NCBI RefSeq assembly: GCF_002571385.2
Contig: NW_019217927.1
Location: 1-62,325, forward strand
Source of the DNA: Stylophora pistillata
Taxonomy: Eukaryota
DNA: 62,325 nucleotides
Direction of reading: 5' to 3'
The position numbers were made by a program, and so were the translations under genes. Every line of letters begins with the position of its first letter. The stretch's first letter is position 1. The notes beneath the pieces were generated by a model. The model saw nothing but the letters and a program-made list of their open reading frames with translations. It had not been told where the DNA came from and searched no databases. Positions 50,931 to 62,325 of this stretch are shown here, in pieces.

Positions 50931-53900
50931 GATGCAATTGTTGATTACAAGTCAATAATTGCTTTCATAGAAAAGAGAATTTTCATTTGATGCCTGACCT
51001 ACTGAAGGGTCTTCAAAATGTGATGAGAAAAGTGTCCTGAAAATGGAACAAAAACCCAAACTCTGAAAAAAAATAAGACAAAAAAAAAGACAAAAAGCTG
51101 ATAACTCCAGGTATGTTATTTAATCTGAGCTCTAGTTATCATTAAAACCGTTTTGTTAATTAGATTGGTGTGGATATGCTCTTAAAGTCTTTAAAAATGT
51201 AAAACTAATCTAGTGCACTGAAGCCGGACATGTAAACCCCAAAAACCCCTCCATAAGGGGAAAAATGGGGACCATGTACCCCCAACCAGTGCTACAGTGC
51301 AACCTTTGGGGTTTTAAAGTGTCTTAAAAATATATACCTTAAAATTAACCCAACAAAGTTTTATCTGCAGATTGACTTTGAGGAGGTGTGTCAAAGTTTT
51401 CCACAATTTGACATATACATTCATTAGACGAGAAGCAAGCTTTAAGTGGTTATTGAAGAACTCTCACTCTTGAATTCAATCAATCTAATTTCTCTCCTTC
51501 AATATTTCAACTTCAGTCATTAGTAGAAGTCTTAATGTGCCTGCAACACAAAAGTACACATTTACATACTTGTATTAGTATGTAAGAGGTCAAACTTTGA
51601 AAACTAACTCATTTTGGTAGCTCACAAAATTTGATATGAATTAAGGCTTATACTAAGGAGTACACAATCATGGTAAATTGTGTTTTGCCACTGGGTTGCC
51701 AGCCTGATGTTCTGATTTTACATTGTTGGCGTTATCATGGCTTCTCGCTCACATTCATATACCAAAGTAGGCTTATTTCAAGAGTAAAATTGTGTTTTAC
51801 CATCTAGTTGCTTGCTAGATGTCTTCGTTTTGGAGGAGCATCTATATAGTTCAAGTCATTGTGGCCTATTGCTGGCATTCCATATGCCCTTAAACTGAGG
51901 GCTTTAATTTATTATTATTGAATAGATATTTTTCCTTTTATAACTAAACCACCATTCCAGGCCTTGTTTATTTTTCCTACCTTAATTTATAAAGGACTTC
52001 ATAACCATGCAGGAGTGTATCATCATCCTTGCAGGTTGACCAAACCAGTTTGTGTGACTGTGCAATCATCATTTGCCAGGCCAGCATTGAGCTCACACTA
52101 CGCAGTCCAGGTACATATGAAACTATATATTAAATAAAATGAAATATGTTTATTTGCAAATGTAAAACACATCACATATGTATACAGATTGAATGATCAC
52201 TTCTTCATAACAGGTTTCAATTTAATATTGCTTTCAGGCATATCCTGAATAAACTGCAGTTTGTACCTACATGATTATTGTGAGGCCAAAAAATAGTTAT
52301 AGTGAACTGTTTAAAACTTTTTCCTTTCTTATTGATTATAACTTACAATTTTTGATGTGGTATCCTGATCAAAGTAATTCATTTGCCTCCAACTCATCAT
52401 CATCTGTTGTATGTTACTGGCTGGTGTAATTATGCATGGAATTTGAAACTTGTGTATAGTACGAGTTTTGACCAACCTAAAGCTTGCTTGTCCAGGATGT
52501 AGGTTGTGGACTGGTGGTTTTCTCTGCAATTTTGGCATAGAGCAAAGACTGATCCAGAGAATTCTGATTGACTTCTTTGTAACATCATGGCAACTGTAAA
52601 TTAAAGAACTTTCTAGCACAATATTGGATCTGCTTACTCAACTGTACGTTTTACTTAAAATTTAGAATGCAGCTTTCTTGGGTTTGAATCCCATAGTGTT
52701 TTAAATGCTTGTGGCCTGGGTTACATCCTTTTCCAATGAGCACTTTCACTACCTGTTACCCAGTAATAAAGACAGTTTTTCATGAACTTGAATCACATTC
52801 AGGTTTAAATGCTTTCAGTTTAGTTCTATTCCTCTTCTACTAAAGCACTTTCACGTTCTATAACTTAGTGTAAGAAAGTGTGTCATGGGTTTGAATCCCT
52901 TTAAGATTTAAGTTCTTTTGTTTCAGTGAGTTCCTTGTTTACTAATGAAAACACTTCCACTGTCTGTTACTTAGTGCAAGAAAGTGTTTAATGGGTTTGA
53001 ATCCCATTAACATTTAAATTCTTTTGCTTCAGTGAGTTCCATATCTACTAATAAAAGCACATTTCTTGAACTGTGCCTTACCTGTGGCAGTATTTACACC
53101 AAAGAATAGGGTAAAGTATGATAGAATTTTAGTACAAGCTTCTGCTGGTGGCAGAAGTAAGAGGTATATGTAGAAAAGAGGGTTAACACTTTCCAAAAGA
53201 GAAGTCATTCAAGGATAAGGAGGTAGTATTGACAGTGAGAAGGAATAAACTGAGTGGAAAATCAGAATTGGATAGGATTACTGTAAGTTGTAGAAGCTGC
53301 ACAGTGGTGGAATGTCTGATTTGATCATGTTCAAAGGAAGTGACACTTGGATTTGAGTTCCCTGACAATGACAGGTCTTTGGAACTGAAGGTATATCTCG
53401 TGTATGATTAGAAGGAGTTCGGAGTAATGTCAGCTAATGCTGACTTGTCAATAAGGACCGCTCATTGCATATTTGGGGAAATGAGCACAGGAATTAAGGT
53501 TAATGTTGGTATGTGTTTGTGGTAGAAAGGATGAGGCCCTCGTGGCATTTACACCCCTTGGTGACTTGTTGCCATGCAGCTTTTTGGCAGGAAGTCAGGT
53601 GTGGGAAAAGGACCACATCAGTGCCTGAACAAAGATCTGACCGACCTTCTGACGAGGAAGTTGTCTGGGAAACTGTTAACCATGAAGTGAAGCGGATATC
53701 TGTCAGAGGCCATCAACAACAAGATCAGACCACGACATAAACAGCTGCCTTGAATCTATGGTTTACCAAAGATTCATAAAGCCTGTACACCTCTGAGACC
53801 AATTATGAACACCTTTGCATATGATATGTTGGCTTTTTTAGCTTACATCTTACAATCCACAATCAGTCAAGCATGGTATTGTCAAGTGCTTTTACAAGGG

Positions 53901-54239
53901 TGCAAAAACATCTTGTAACAAAACCCTCCATTATCTCCAAGGAGAAGAGACAGTCGTCATCTGTTCTTGTTTTTAGTGGTTATCCTTCCTGTCCTTCGTG
54001 AATCTAATTCTCTGTTCTTGAATTGTGCCTTTCTTGTTGCAAAATTACATCCAAGAATAGGATAAGCAAAGATATAATTTTAGTGTACAGGTGAGAGGTA
54101 CCTGTAGAACAGAGGTTTAATATTTTCCACAAGAGAAGTCATTCAAGGGCAAGGAAGTCCTGTTGATAGTGAGAAAGGAATTAAAACTGAGTGGAGATTT
54201 GAAGAAAATCAGAATTGCATAGGACTGTTATCGCAGTTG

Positions 54240-55255
54240 GAAAGTAACAACAAAATCACCCTCCTCAACACAACAGTTACAGTAGAACCTGATGGATTCC
54301 TTAAACCATTGACGTTTACAAGAAGCCAACACACACTGACCAATACCTGGCATATGATTCTCACCATCCACAATTAGTAAAGTGCACTATTGTCAGGTAC
54401 TTTTATGAGTGTGCAAAACATCTTGTTAAAAAAACCCTCTGTTGTCTCCAAGTAGAAGTAACATCCATCATCTGTTCAAAATTGTTTTTAATGGTTATCT
54501 TTCCTCCCTTGTGCAGAGGTTAACAAAAACTAAGATACTGACTGCCAGCATTGAAACCGCCAGGGGGTTCAGATCCACCCACAGTCCTGCCCTATGTTAA
54601 ATGCCTCTCCAAACAACTTTGCTGCTGTCCACAACAACAAAGCATACATGTAGTTTTGAAGTCAGATCACACCTAGTAAACCCAAAGGATGCTGTCCACC
54701 CAGTTAAACAGGATGGTGTAGTCTACAGGATTCCCTGCAAGTGTGGAAAGGTTTACATATGTGATACTGGCAGACCTATGCAGGAGAGAAAAAAGAACAC
54801 GACAGGGATATCCGACTGACTAAGACGCTGACCTCTGCCATCTCAGAGCACACCCACAACTCCTGACCTGGCCATTATGTTTATTGATCATGATCCCCAT
54901 TTCTATACACAGGGAGGGTGAAAGAGGCAATTCACATAAGACTTCACCCTAACAACATTGGCAGGGACAGTGGAATTGAAATACCAGAAGCCTGAATGCC
55001 AACAATAAAAAACACAAAATAAAGCAGGAGATCTGTGCGGCAGTGGACTACAGAGGGAGTCAGATCTAAAAGATGCACCAATCACAGCTGTGGAATTCCA
55101 TCCAATCACAGCTGTGGAGTTCCATCCAATCACAGCTGAGCACAACACTGTATAGGTGACGCATACTTGCCTGGAGAAGACTAGCAGTATACAGTCAAAA
55201 GGTCACAATCGACATCCCAAGTGACCACGTTGTGAGACAAATGAGTACATAACTC
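54240..55255 (+). mobile_element. Decayed Penelope-like element (RT thumb, GIY-YIG, 3' pLTR)
   Basis: VYKKPTHTDQYLAYDSHHP at ~54315, GVVYRIPCKCGKVYICDTGR in ORF 54601-54819, then KEAIHIRLHPNNI.RDSG. 24-bp CCAATCACAGCTG repeats and a degenerate hammerhead-like motif near 55170. A partial duplicate lies at ~53780-53990. Confidence 0.8.
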
Positions 55256-55564
55256 TTAAGTGTTAATTGCCACAATAAATAACCAAAATTCTTGTACTTC
55301 ATGGTATCTTTTGAGCCATGGTAGGAAAATAAGCAGTCCTGAAGATGTAAGGTTGCATGTAATCTGTCTATTAGAATTAGTGGTGCTCTTCCAAGTCTTT
55401 AATTTTAGACGGCTTGTTTTCATTTGTATTATACCTTCATATCATCTGTGTAGATTGAAGTGTAATAGTCTCTTTATAGCCTTTGCTTCTTGGTGGTTTG
55501 CTGTTATCTATGCAGTTGGATGAGAGAGCTGTCCTTGGGATTCGTGTATGATTGGAATGCGACC

Positions 55565-55855
55565 ATGTTGTACCTTCAGAGAGGTGTAGAAAGTGTGATT
55601 ATGTTGTACCTTCACTCTGAGGTGTAGAAAGTTTGATTATGTTGTACCTTTACTCTGAGGTGTAGAAAGTGTGATTATGCTGCATTGTCTTTGCCCAAAG
55701 GTGTCTTGTTAAAGACTGTGTAAAAGAAAGAGCAGTCTTCTTGGGTGGTCCTGAAGTAAGGTGGTATGTTGTCTTTGCCCAAAGGTGTCTTGTTAAAGAC
55801 TGTGTAAAAGAAAGTGCAGTCTTCTTGGGTGGTCCTGAAGTAAGGTGGCATGTCA
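55565..55855. repeat. Two adjacent minisatellites (~37 bp x3 and 83 bp x2)
   Basis: ATGTTGTACCTT...GAGGTGTAGAAAGTGTGATT x3; TTGTCTTTGCCCAAAGGTGTC... at ~55686 and ~55769. Confidence 0.85.
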
Positions 55856-58800
55856 TCTGGCCATAAGAATTAGTATTGATCTTCCAAGGTCTTTAATTTG
55901 GTTGGATAATTGATTTTCAGGTTAGCTTGTTATCACGTGTGTGGACAAAATTGAAAAAGTAGTGAGTGATCCTTTACGTAGGGTGTCTTGTATCTTCAGT
56001 TGACCTTGCTGCATTGTGGCTCATCATCTGCCTTGAGAGCAAGGATGTTCGTGATCCTTGAGGGTCTTCTGTCATCTTTGCTTTATGTTGCTTGTTGTTA
56101 TCACAGCAGCAGGAGATTTGATGGTTTTCTGTAGTCTTTTAATAAGCAGCCTCTCATTATCTGCATGGAATGAAGTGTGATAGCTTCGAGTTACCTTTGG
56201 TCAAGCCAGGTTGCCATTTGTGTGATGGACAGTGTGATGCTCTTCGGTTCTCTTTGTCTTGTGGTTCCTTGATGCTATAGCATGAAAGGAAGGGTGAGGG
56301 TGATATTCTCCATTTTCTGTTGCCTAAATGTGGCTGTTGAATTGTGTTCAGTGATGGGCAGTGGTCTTCTATGGCCTATACTTGTAGGTTCATTTCTGTC
56401 ATCTGTTTGGTATAAATTACAAAGGACTTCTTGTGTATTTTGCTTCAAGGCAGCTTACAATACATATTTTGTGTGAAGTTTAGATTGACTGAGTCTTGAG
56501 TACCTCCTGGTTTAACATGTCTCTTAATCTGTGAAATAACGAGTCTGAAGGTCTTTTGTCATCTCAGTTTTCTTTGAAGTAGCTTCTTATTGACTATGTG
56601 GAAGGCAGGGTATTGAATGGTCATTTAGATTTAAGGTGGCTTCTCATGTTTTTAGTAGGTATTATGCTTTTCAGTTACTATAATAATTGCCTCCGTGTAG
56701 CTTAATTGTCATCTCTTAGTTGGAAGTTTGATGTTCTTGCAGCCCATTCCTCCAGATGGCTTATAGTCTGTGTATTGAGAAGTTTTAAGGTGTTTCTTGT
56801 GGTCGTCTGGTAAATAGGAAGTGTGATAGTCTTCTGTGACCCTTACTCTAAGATGGCTGGTTTTCATCTGTGTGTTGTGAAGTGCAGTGATCCTTTTGTA
56901 CCTTTTTTTCACCCTTTTTTTAGGTTTATTGTCATCCATGTGTTAGGAAATGTGATGATCTATAACCTGGCATTACATCACTGTGGCTTTTGCTGGGGTA
57001 AGGGGGGTTGATGTCATCTGATTGGTGGAATGTGTAATACATTATATTTTAGCTCTTGCTTTAAGGTTAGTTGTCATCTGCTTTGTTTGGAGTTGTGTTC
57101 CCAAAAGTGCTTTTTGTTTCCATTTCAAATATTGTTCTCAGATGTTTTGTTCTCTTTTGTGGCCCTCCTTTTTGGTTGGTTTGTCACAGTTAGCCATGGG
57201 GGTGAAAGCATGTGTGAATATAAAAGAGTATTTGTAGTGGCTCCTGATCCAAGGTGGCTAATCATATCACTGTGTAGAAGGAAGTAACCTTTTAACTCCA
57301 TGAGTGATCAGGAAAGAATTTCTCCTTACAATATCCATACAATATCTAGCACACAGGTGATGAGATTAAAGAAAAATATCAAAAAGTGGGTCATTAGGTG
57401 ATCCAATACCAAATCCTCACAACTAACATCTGTTCATAAGAATCATAATTATGTAAGATATATAGTAAGGAGAATTACTGGTGAGATCGTGGGAGTGAAA
57501 GAGTGAAGAAGTTCTTCTATGACCACCATGTGGGTTTTGTGATTTAATTGTGTGGTAGGATCAGTGCTATGCTCTTGTGTGGTTGGTTGTTGGGATTTAT
57601 TGTGGCTTGTGAAGCCAGTAGTATTGCAGAGGTTTCATCTGATCCTGCAGTCTCTACAGGGTGTTGCTTCAAGGGGAGGGGGGGGGGGGGGGAAGAGCTG
57701 TTTTCATATGTGTGTTAGGAATTAATATCAATTGTCATAAATGCTTCTCATGTGTTTCCAGTTGAAACCTTGTGGTTATATATAGGCCGGGGTAAAGCTA
57801 TCGGTGTGGTGGAATATGTGAATAACGCTCCTCATTGCTAGTTTGTGGATATTGACAGGTTGCTCGCTGGAAAGCTTGATGTTCTTATCAGTGGTCACAG
57901 CTCTAAGGTGGTGTGTTGTCAGTTTTGTGGTAGGATATGTGGTGCTCCTCTGTGGTCATCTGTTGCAATTTTTCATGGTTTGTTGAGTTGTTTTAAAAGT
58001 GCAGTGCTCTGAGAGGGTCCATTTTTCCAGTACTTCTTAGTGGTAATTTGTGGTGTAACTTTTGTATTCTTCTGTGAGACCTGTGTATTGTTGGAAGCAA
58101 GTCATTCTTCTGTGGCTCTTGTTTGGAGGTGACTTGAAGTCAACTGAGTAGTGGGATAATGTGATGTTCTTCTGTCAGTAGCTTTTGTACTTCAAAGTAG
58201 CTTGTTGGGTCATCTAAAAAATAGAAAGTGAAATCCTCTCTTGCTGCCATCCATTTTTCCAGTTTCCCTGTTTTGGTCATCTGTGTGGTAGGAAATGGTG
58301 CTTTTCTTTGGCTTATTGTTTTTCCAAGTGTCTTCCTTGAGGTGGATTGTTGTGATCATCTCTCTTGGAAGTGTTATGATAATCTGTACTAACCACTGTA
58401 GTTTTTGTTCATGATGCCATCATTAAGGTTGTGGTGATCATCTCGAGAGGAAGGGTTGGATGTGTGCATGTAACTCATGTAGTTGAGATTGAGTTGCTAT
58501 TTTGTGACCCTTGCTTCCTGTTGGCTTGTAATAGTCAAGATTGATTTAGTAGACTGGCAGTTTCCATGCTAAAGGCACAAGTTCCAGGTTTAAGCTATAA
58601 AATAAAAACTTTACACTTCTCAAGAGTGATGTATGATTTAATTTAATAGAGTTAACAAACATCTTTATGCATACCCTGAAAGTCCTGCACACACGGATTT
58701 GCATACAATTTCTTTCTCCTCAAGAGACAATTGATTATTTAATTCATGAAAATGTACATTGTTCCAAAATAGTGTTGTCTAATTTTCTTACGCACAGTAA

Positions 58801-61474
58801 AAAAATTGGCCAACCGGTTTCAGTGGCTAAATTTCAATATCAATTTTAAGTATTATCAGACATCTTCTGCTCCTTTCTGATTTCATTGTCTTTAATTGGA
58901 CCACAAAATTTTGCATCTTTGTGTACTTATAAATTTATGTGCTGTTGAAAGACACAAATAGCAGGTAATCTGACCTTCCATATACATTTGCCACCTTTGT
59001 ATTCCGCTCATTTTAGTAAATGAAAAACAAATTTGGCAATTTGTCAAAGTCCTTTTTGTCATCAAGTCATATACTTTCCAGTCATGTGTCAGCAGCTCAA
59101 AACAACCAAAACAATTAAACATATAAGTAAGCTGTTCACCTGGTTTCTTCTTATCCCAATTTGTGTTTTTGGCCTGCAACATGATGTCCTAAAAACTTAA
59201 GAAAAAGTACATGTCAGTACCACTTTTATACATGATTAGAAGGCTGCTTACCTTGCCAGTAGTTGTAGGAATGCCCCGAAAGTGGCATAATTTGTCGATG
59301 AGTGTGCTCCTGAAAAGTAAACTTTGTTGATTTAGTAAATTTTTTTCTTTGATAAAATGACACACACACTGGTTTTCTGGATTTTATTGGTTTTGAACCA
59401 TATTTACATGATGAACGTAGTCTAGATATCCTGAAATTAAAATGGTAGTTTATTTCAAATGGGTTTTGCGTGGCAAACTTGCAGAATGCTAGCTGATAGA
59501 AACAAACAGTCCTGAAAAAAAGAAGCTGTTTAGTAGTTTGAAAAAATTACCCAGACGCTGGTCTTTATGTTTTTATTGTTTTCAAACTCTTTTACATCAT
59601 GTGACCTATGTTTATTTTATTATCTTGGAAAAAAAATTGTTAGTAGATTAATGTTTTTTTGCATGGCTCGCATTAGCTGAAAAGTAACATTTTCCCTGAA
59701 AAAGAGAATTATGTCAGTAGTTTTTAGTTTATCTAAATACAATAATGGACACAGACACAGGCTTTTCTGTTTTTATTATTGTGAAAATGTTACATCATTT
59801 ATTAAGTATAGCAGAAACGCGCATTCCTAAGTGAAAACTTTTCCATCTGAGGAAACCTCGAGCATTCCTGTGTCAGTAAAAATGTCGACACCCCGATGGA
59901 GTATACGAGTCACAAGCAGCCTGCTAACAATATTGTCGTTACCAGGCCTCTGTAATGAGTATAGTTAATTGGATGCCAATTATATGTTTATATGTTGAAC
60001 CGATAGCCGAAAAATGATGACGGAAGTGAGTTTCGAAAGAGCCGAATAGCCGGAAGAATAGAATTAAAAGAGTTTACGTACCTGCTGACCCTACCTTTTC
60101 CGTGTTAGCTCCCCTCAGTGATCCACGTGTTCAGTGGAGAGTCAATATTTTTTACAACAATTTGGCGGACAGCAAGTTTGCTGTAATGTTAAGAAAATTG
60201 GCCTAAAGTATGTGTAAAAAGATAACAGTTCATTATGGGCCGTTTTTTTTTACTCAAAGCAATGTCCTCTCCACTGAAGCATCCTCGTGTAATTTGTGAC
60301 GTTAGATGACGAGTTGATTTCTCAAAAAATTTTGGCTGTTATGATAAAATAATTGTTTTGAGTTGTAAACTTAAAAAACAACGACCCAAAATTTACAGAC
60401 AGCTTTGAAGCTATCACAATGTACTGTACAATTGGCTTAATTTTTTGTGACCTAGACTGTTGTGTGTGCATCTCCTATTTCCCACTAAATGAAGCCTCGA
60501 CTGGCGGCTTCAACTGGAGCTAAACCACTAAACATGATGGAAGTAGCAAATGAGCTTACTTCCCTTGCTGAATAGCTTAGTCTCCAGTTACGTACAATAA
60601 GTAAATGTCTGGTTGAACCTTTAGGCCAAAATGGTTTTGCCGAACTGAATTTTTTGGTATAATTTGGATGAGAGTCTCACTGGATACCAGTCCTTTGTGT
60701 GGCTGCTATCAAGTGAAACTTTAAGTGAAACTGAAATAAGTTTTAGTAGCGCGCAACTAAGCGGGAGATTTAGCACCGAAGTAGCTTGTGTTGATCGCAG
60801 ACGAGGCGTTGTAGTTCCATGTTCCAGTCGATGTAAATGAAGAACTGTAGTCTTGCAGTTGATGCGGAAGTGAGAGCCGAAGCCGAAACCTATTTGAACC
60901 TAAACCGAGAACCTATGCCGAACCTAAGCCGAAAATACCTGAAAAGGAACCCAAAGGAGAGACCTAAAGGGAGGACCCATCCAACCCATGGGGACCCAAC
61001 TAACTAGTCTAACTACATTAAATTAAGCCGAATACGAATTCTGTGGACTTCGAGCCGAAATTTGATGTAAGGTTCATCCAGAGCTCTGACTAATAACCCT
61101 CCATCCCAACCCAAAAAGAATGAGCTAACCAGTTTGAGTTTGTCTTCCGTCAGTATCTTCTTTCCCAGTTGAACATCTTTGAGTAAATCGTAAGATGTAG
61201 TGTAAATTGAAGAGAAGTGAAGAGAAAACCCTGGGTCTCATCTTCCAACAATCCAATTCCCCACATCTTACAATGTCCCCATCAGAGTCAAGCTGGTACA
61301 TTGTTGCTTTAGTGGTGTGGTGGCTGGGCCAGGTGGTATGCTGACTTGGGTGCATTCCATAAGGAGGTCGTACTGAAACAAAAAAAATTCGATGGCTTAT
61401 TCATTTTTAATCTGGTAGAGTTTATGTGTAAGAAAATGCACGAGTTATGCAAGCATGAGTGGTTGAAAGTATCG

Positions 61475-62325
61475 ATTAAAGTGGCTCGTACCGGTTTTCA
61501 TCTTTTTGATGGTTTGTAACTTTGAAAGAATACAACAGAAAGACTGACCAAGGCCAGTTGAACACTTTTACGGGGTTGAATTATATAATCATTGGTTATC
61601 CAAAAATAGGTGTTATTTCGTCACTAGCAGTTTCCATGGCAACGCTTTCATAGGCTTATTCAGACGCATTTTTTAGCTTGTGGCTTAAATAATTCGAAAA
61701 CTAACCCGGTGACCCCATAATTTTTTTCAGTGATTGCTTTTGGCACTTGAAAAGGAAAATGCACAAATATTTTTAAAAAATTATACGGAGCGCAATTTCA
61801 GAAAATCTAGAAAAAAGGCAATTTCAGACATCGCAAATTTCCTTCCGTAGAATTTTCTTGTTTTTTTTTCTGATGATTCCTTTCGACGTCATTATCATAT
61901 TGGAACAATAAAAAGAAGGGGTCACCGGACTTGTTTTCATGCAATAGCTTTCGTGAGTTTAGCAATTTCCACGCGCGTTCTCGCGCATTTAAAAATCTGG
62001 ATTCTATAAGATCGACATTTGCTCATGATCTGTTATAGCTACCGCTGACAATTGCGTGTGCTCGCGCGCGCGCCTACGATCTGATGTTTACAGACGTTTA
62101 CTGCTAAGAAAATCATTAAACAGCTGTCAAAGACAGCCTCCCGGGCTCATCTTAAAAATCCTACACACGACTTCTGGCTATATCATATTATTTTCCTTTA
62201 AGTTTCAAAGTCTTCTTCCACTTCAGGTAGATTATCCTTCACTTGAGTTCTTCTTTTTTCGCCGTCGCAAGATTTCATATCGGTTGAATATTTCTTTTAA
62301 ATGTGAAGTGAAGCAACCTTTACAA
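61475..62325. mobile_element. Possible terminus of another TTAA-targeting (Kolobok-like) DNA transposon extending beyond the window
   Basis: TTAA|AGTGGCTCG... start resembles the TTAA|AGTGC terminus at 42364. No partner end lies in the window. Confidence 0.3.

Noticed and set aside
55165-55215. Functional hammerhead at the end of the second Penelope element
   Set aside because: Core is mutated (CTGGAGA; CAAAA instead of CGAAA).
55260-58600. Hydrophobic short ORFs in a long GT-skewed region
   Set aside because: No domain similarity or consistent exon structure; composition suggests decayed repeats.

Overview
Eukaryotic, intron-rich, AT-rich genomic DNA from an invertebrate animal; the repeat families and gene set suggest an anthozoan, probably a stony coral (inference). 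Five intact spliced genes can be reconstructed by hand. (1-2) Two PCGF5-like Polycomb RING-finger paralogues lie tail-to-tail (+3663..11503 and -15899..22440), each with 9 coding exons at identical phases. (3) A two-exon Emx/Vax-like NKL homeobox gene (+26810..28960). (4) HPS1 (-30386..37906). (5) Cathepsin Z (+41102..46192), head-to-head with HPS1. Mobile DNA includes a Mutator-like element with ~410-bp TIRs carrying spliced OTU-protease exons between the PCGF genes, a Harbinger derivative, a Kolobok-like element (THAP plus P2X7-ballast-like ORF) split by a LINE, Penelope-like remnants, a tRNA-derived SINE, MITEs and hairpin elements. Notable fine features are two minimal hammerhead ribozymes, a U12-type HPS1 intron with an apparently non-canonical 3' end, and a GC-AG intron present in only one PCGF paralogue. 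The last ~15 kb is mostly repeats with no confidently assignable gene. I cannot claim a wholly new system; the best candidates are listed as findings.
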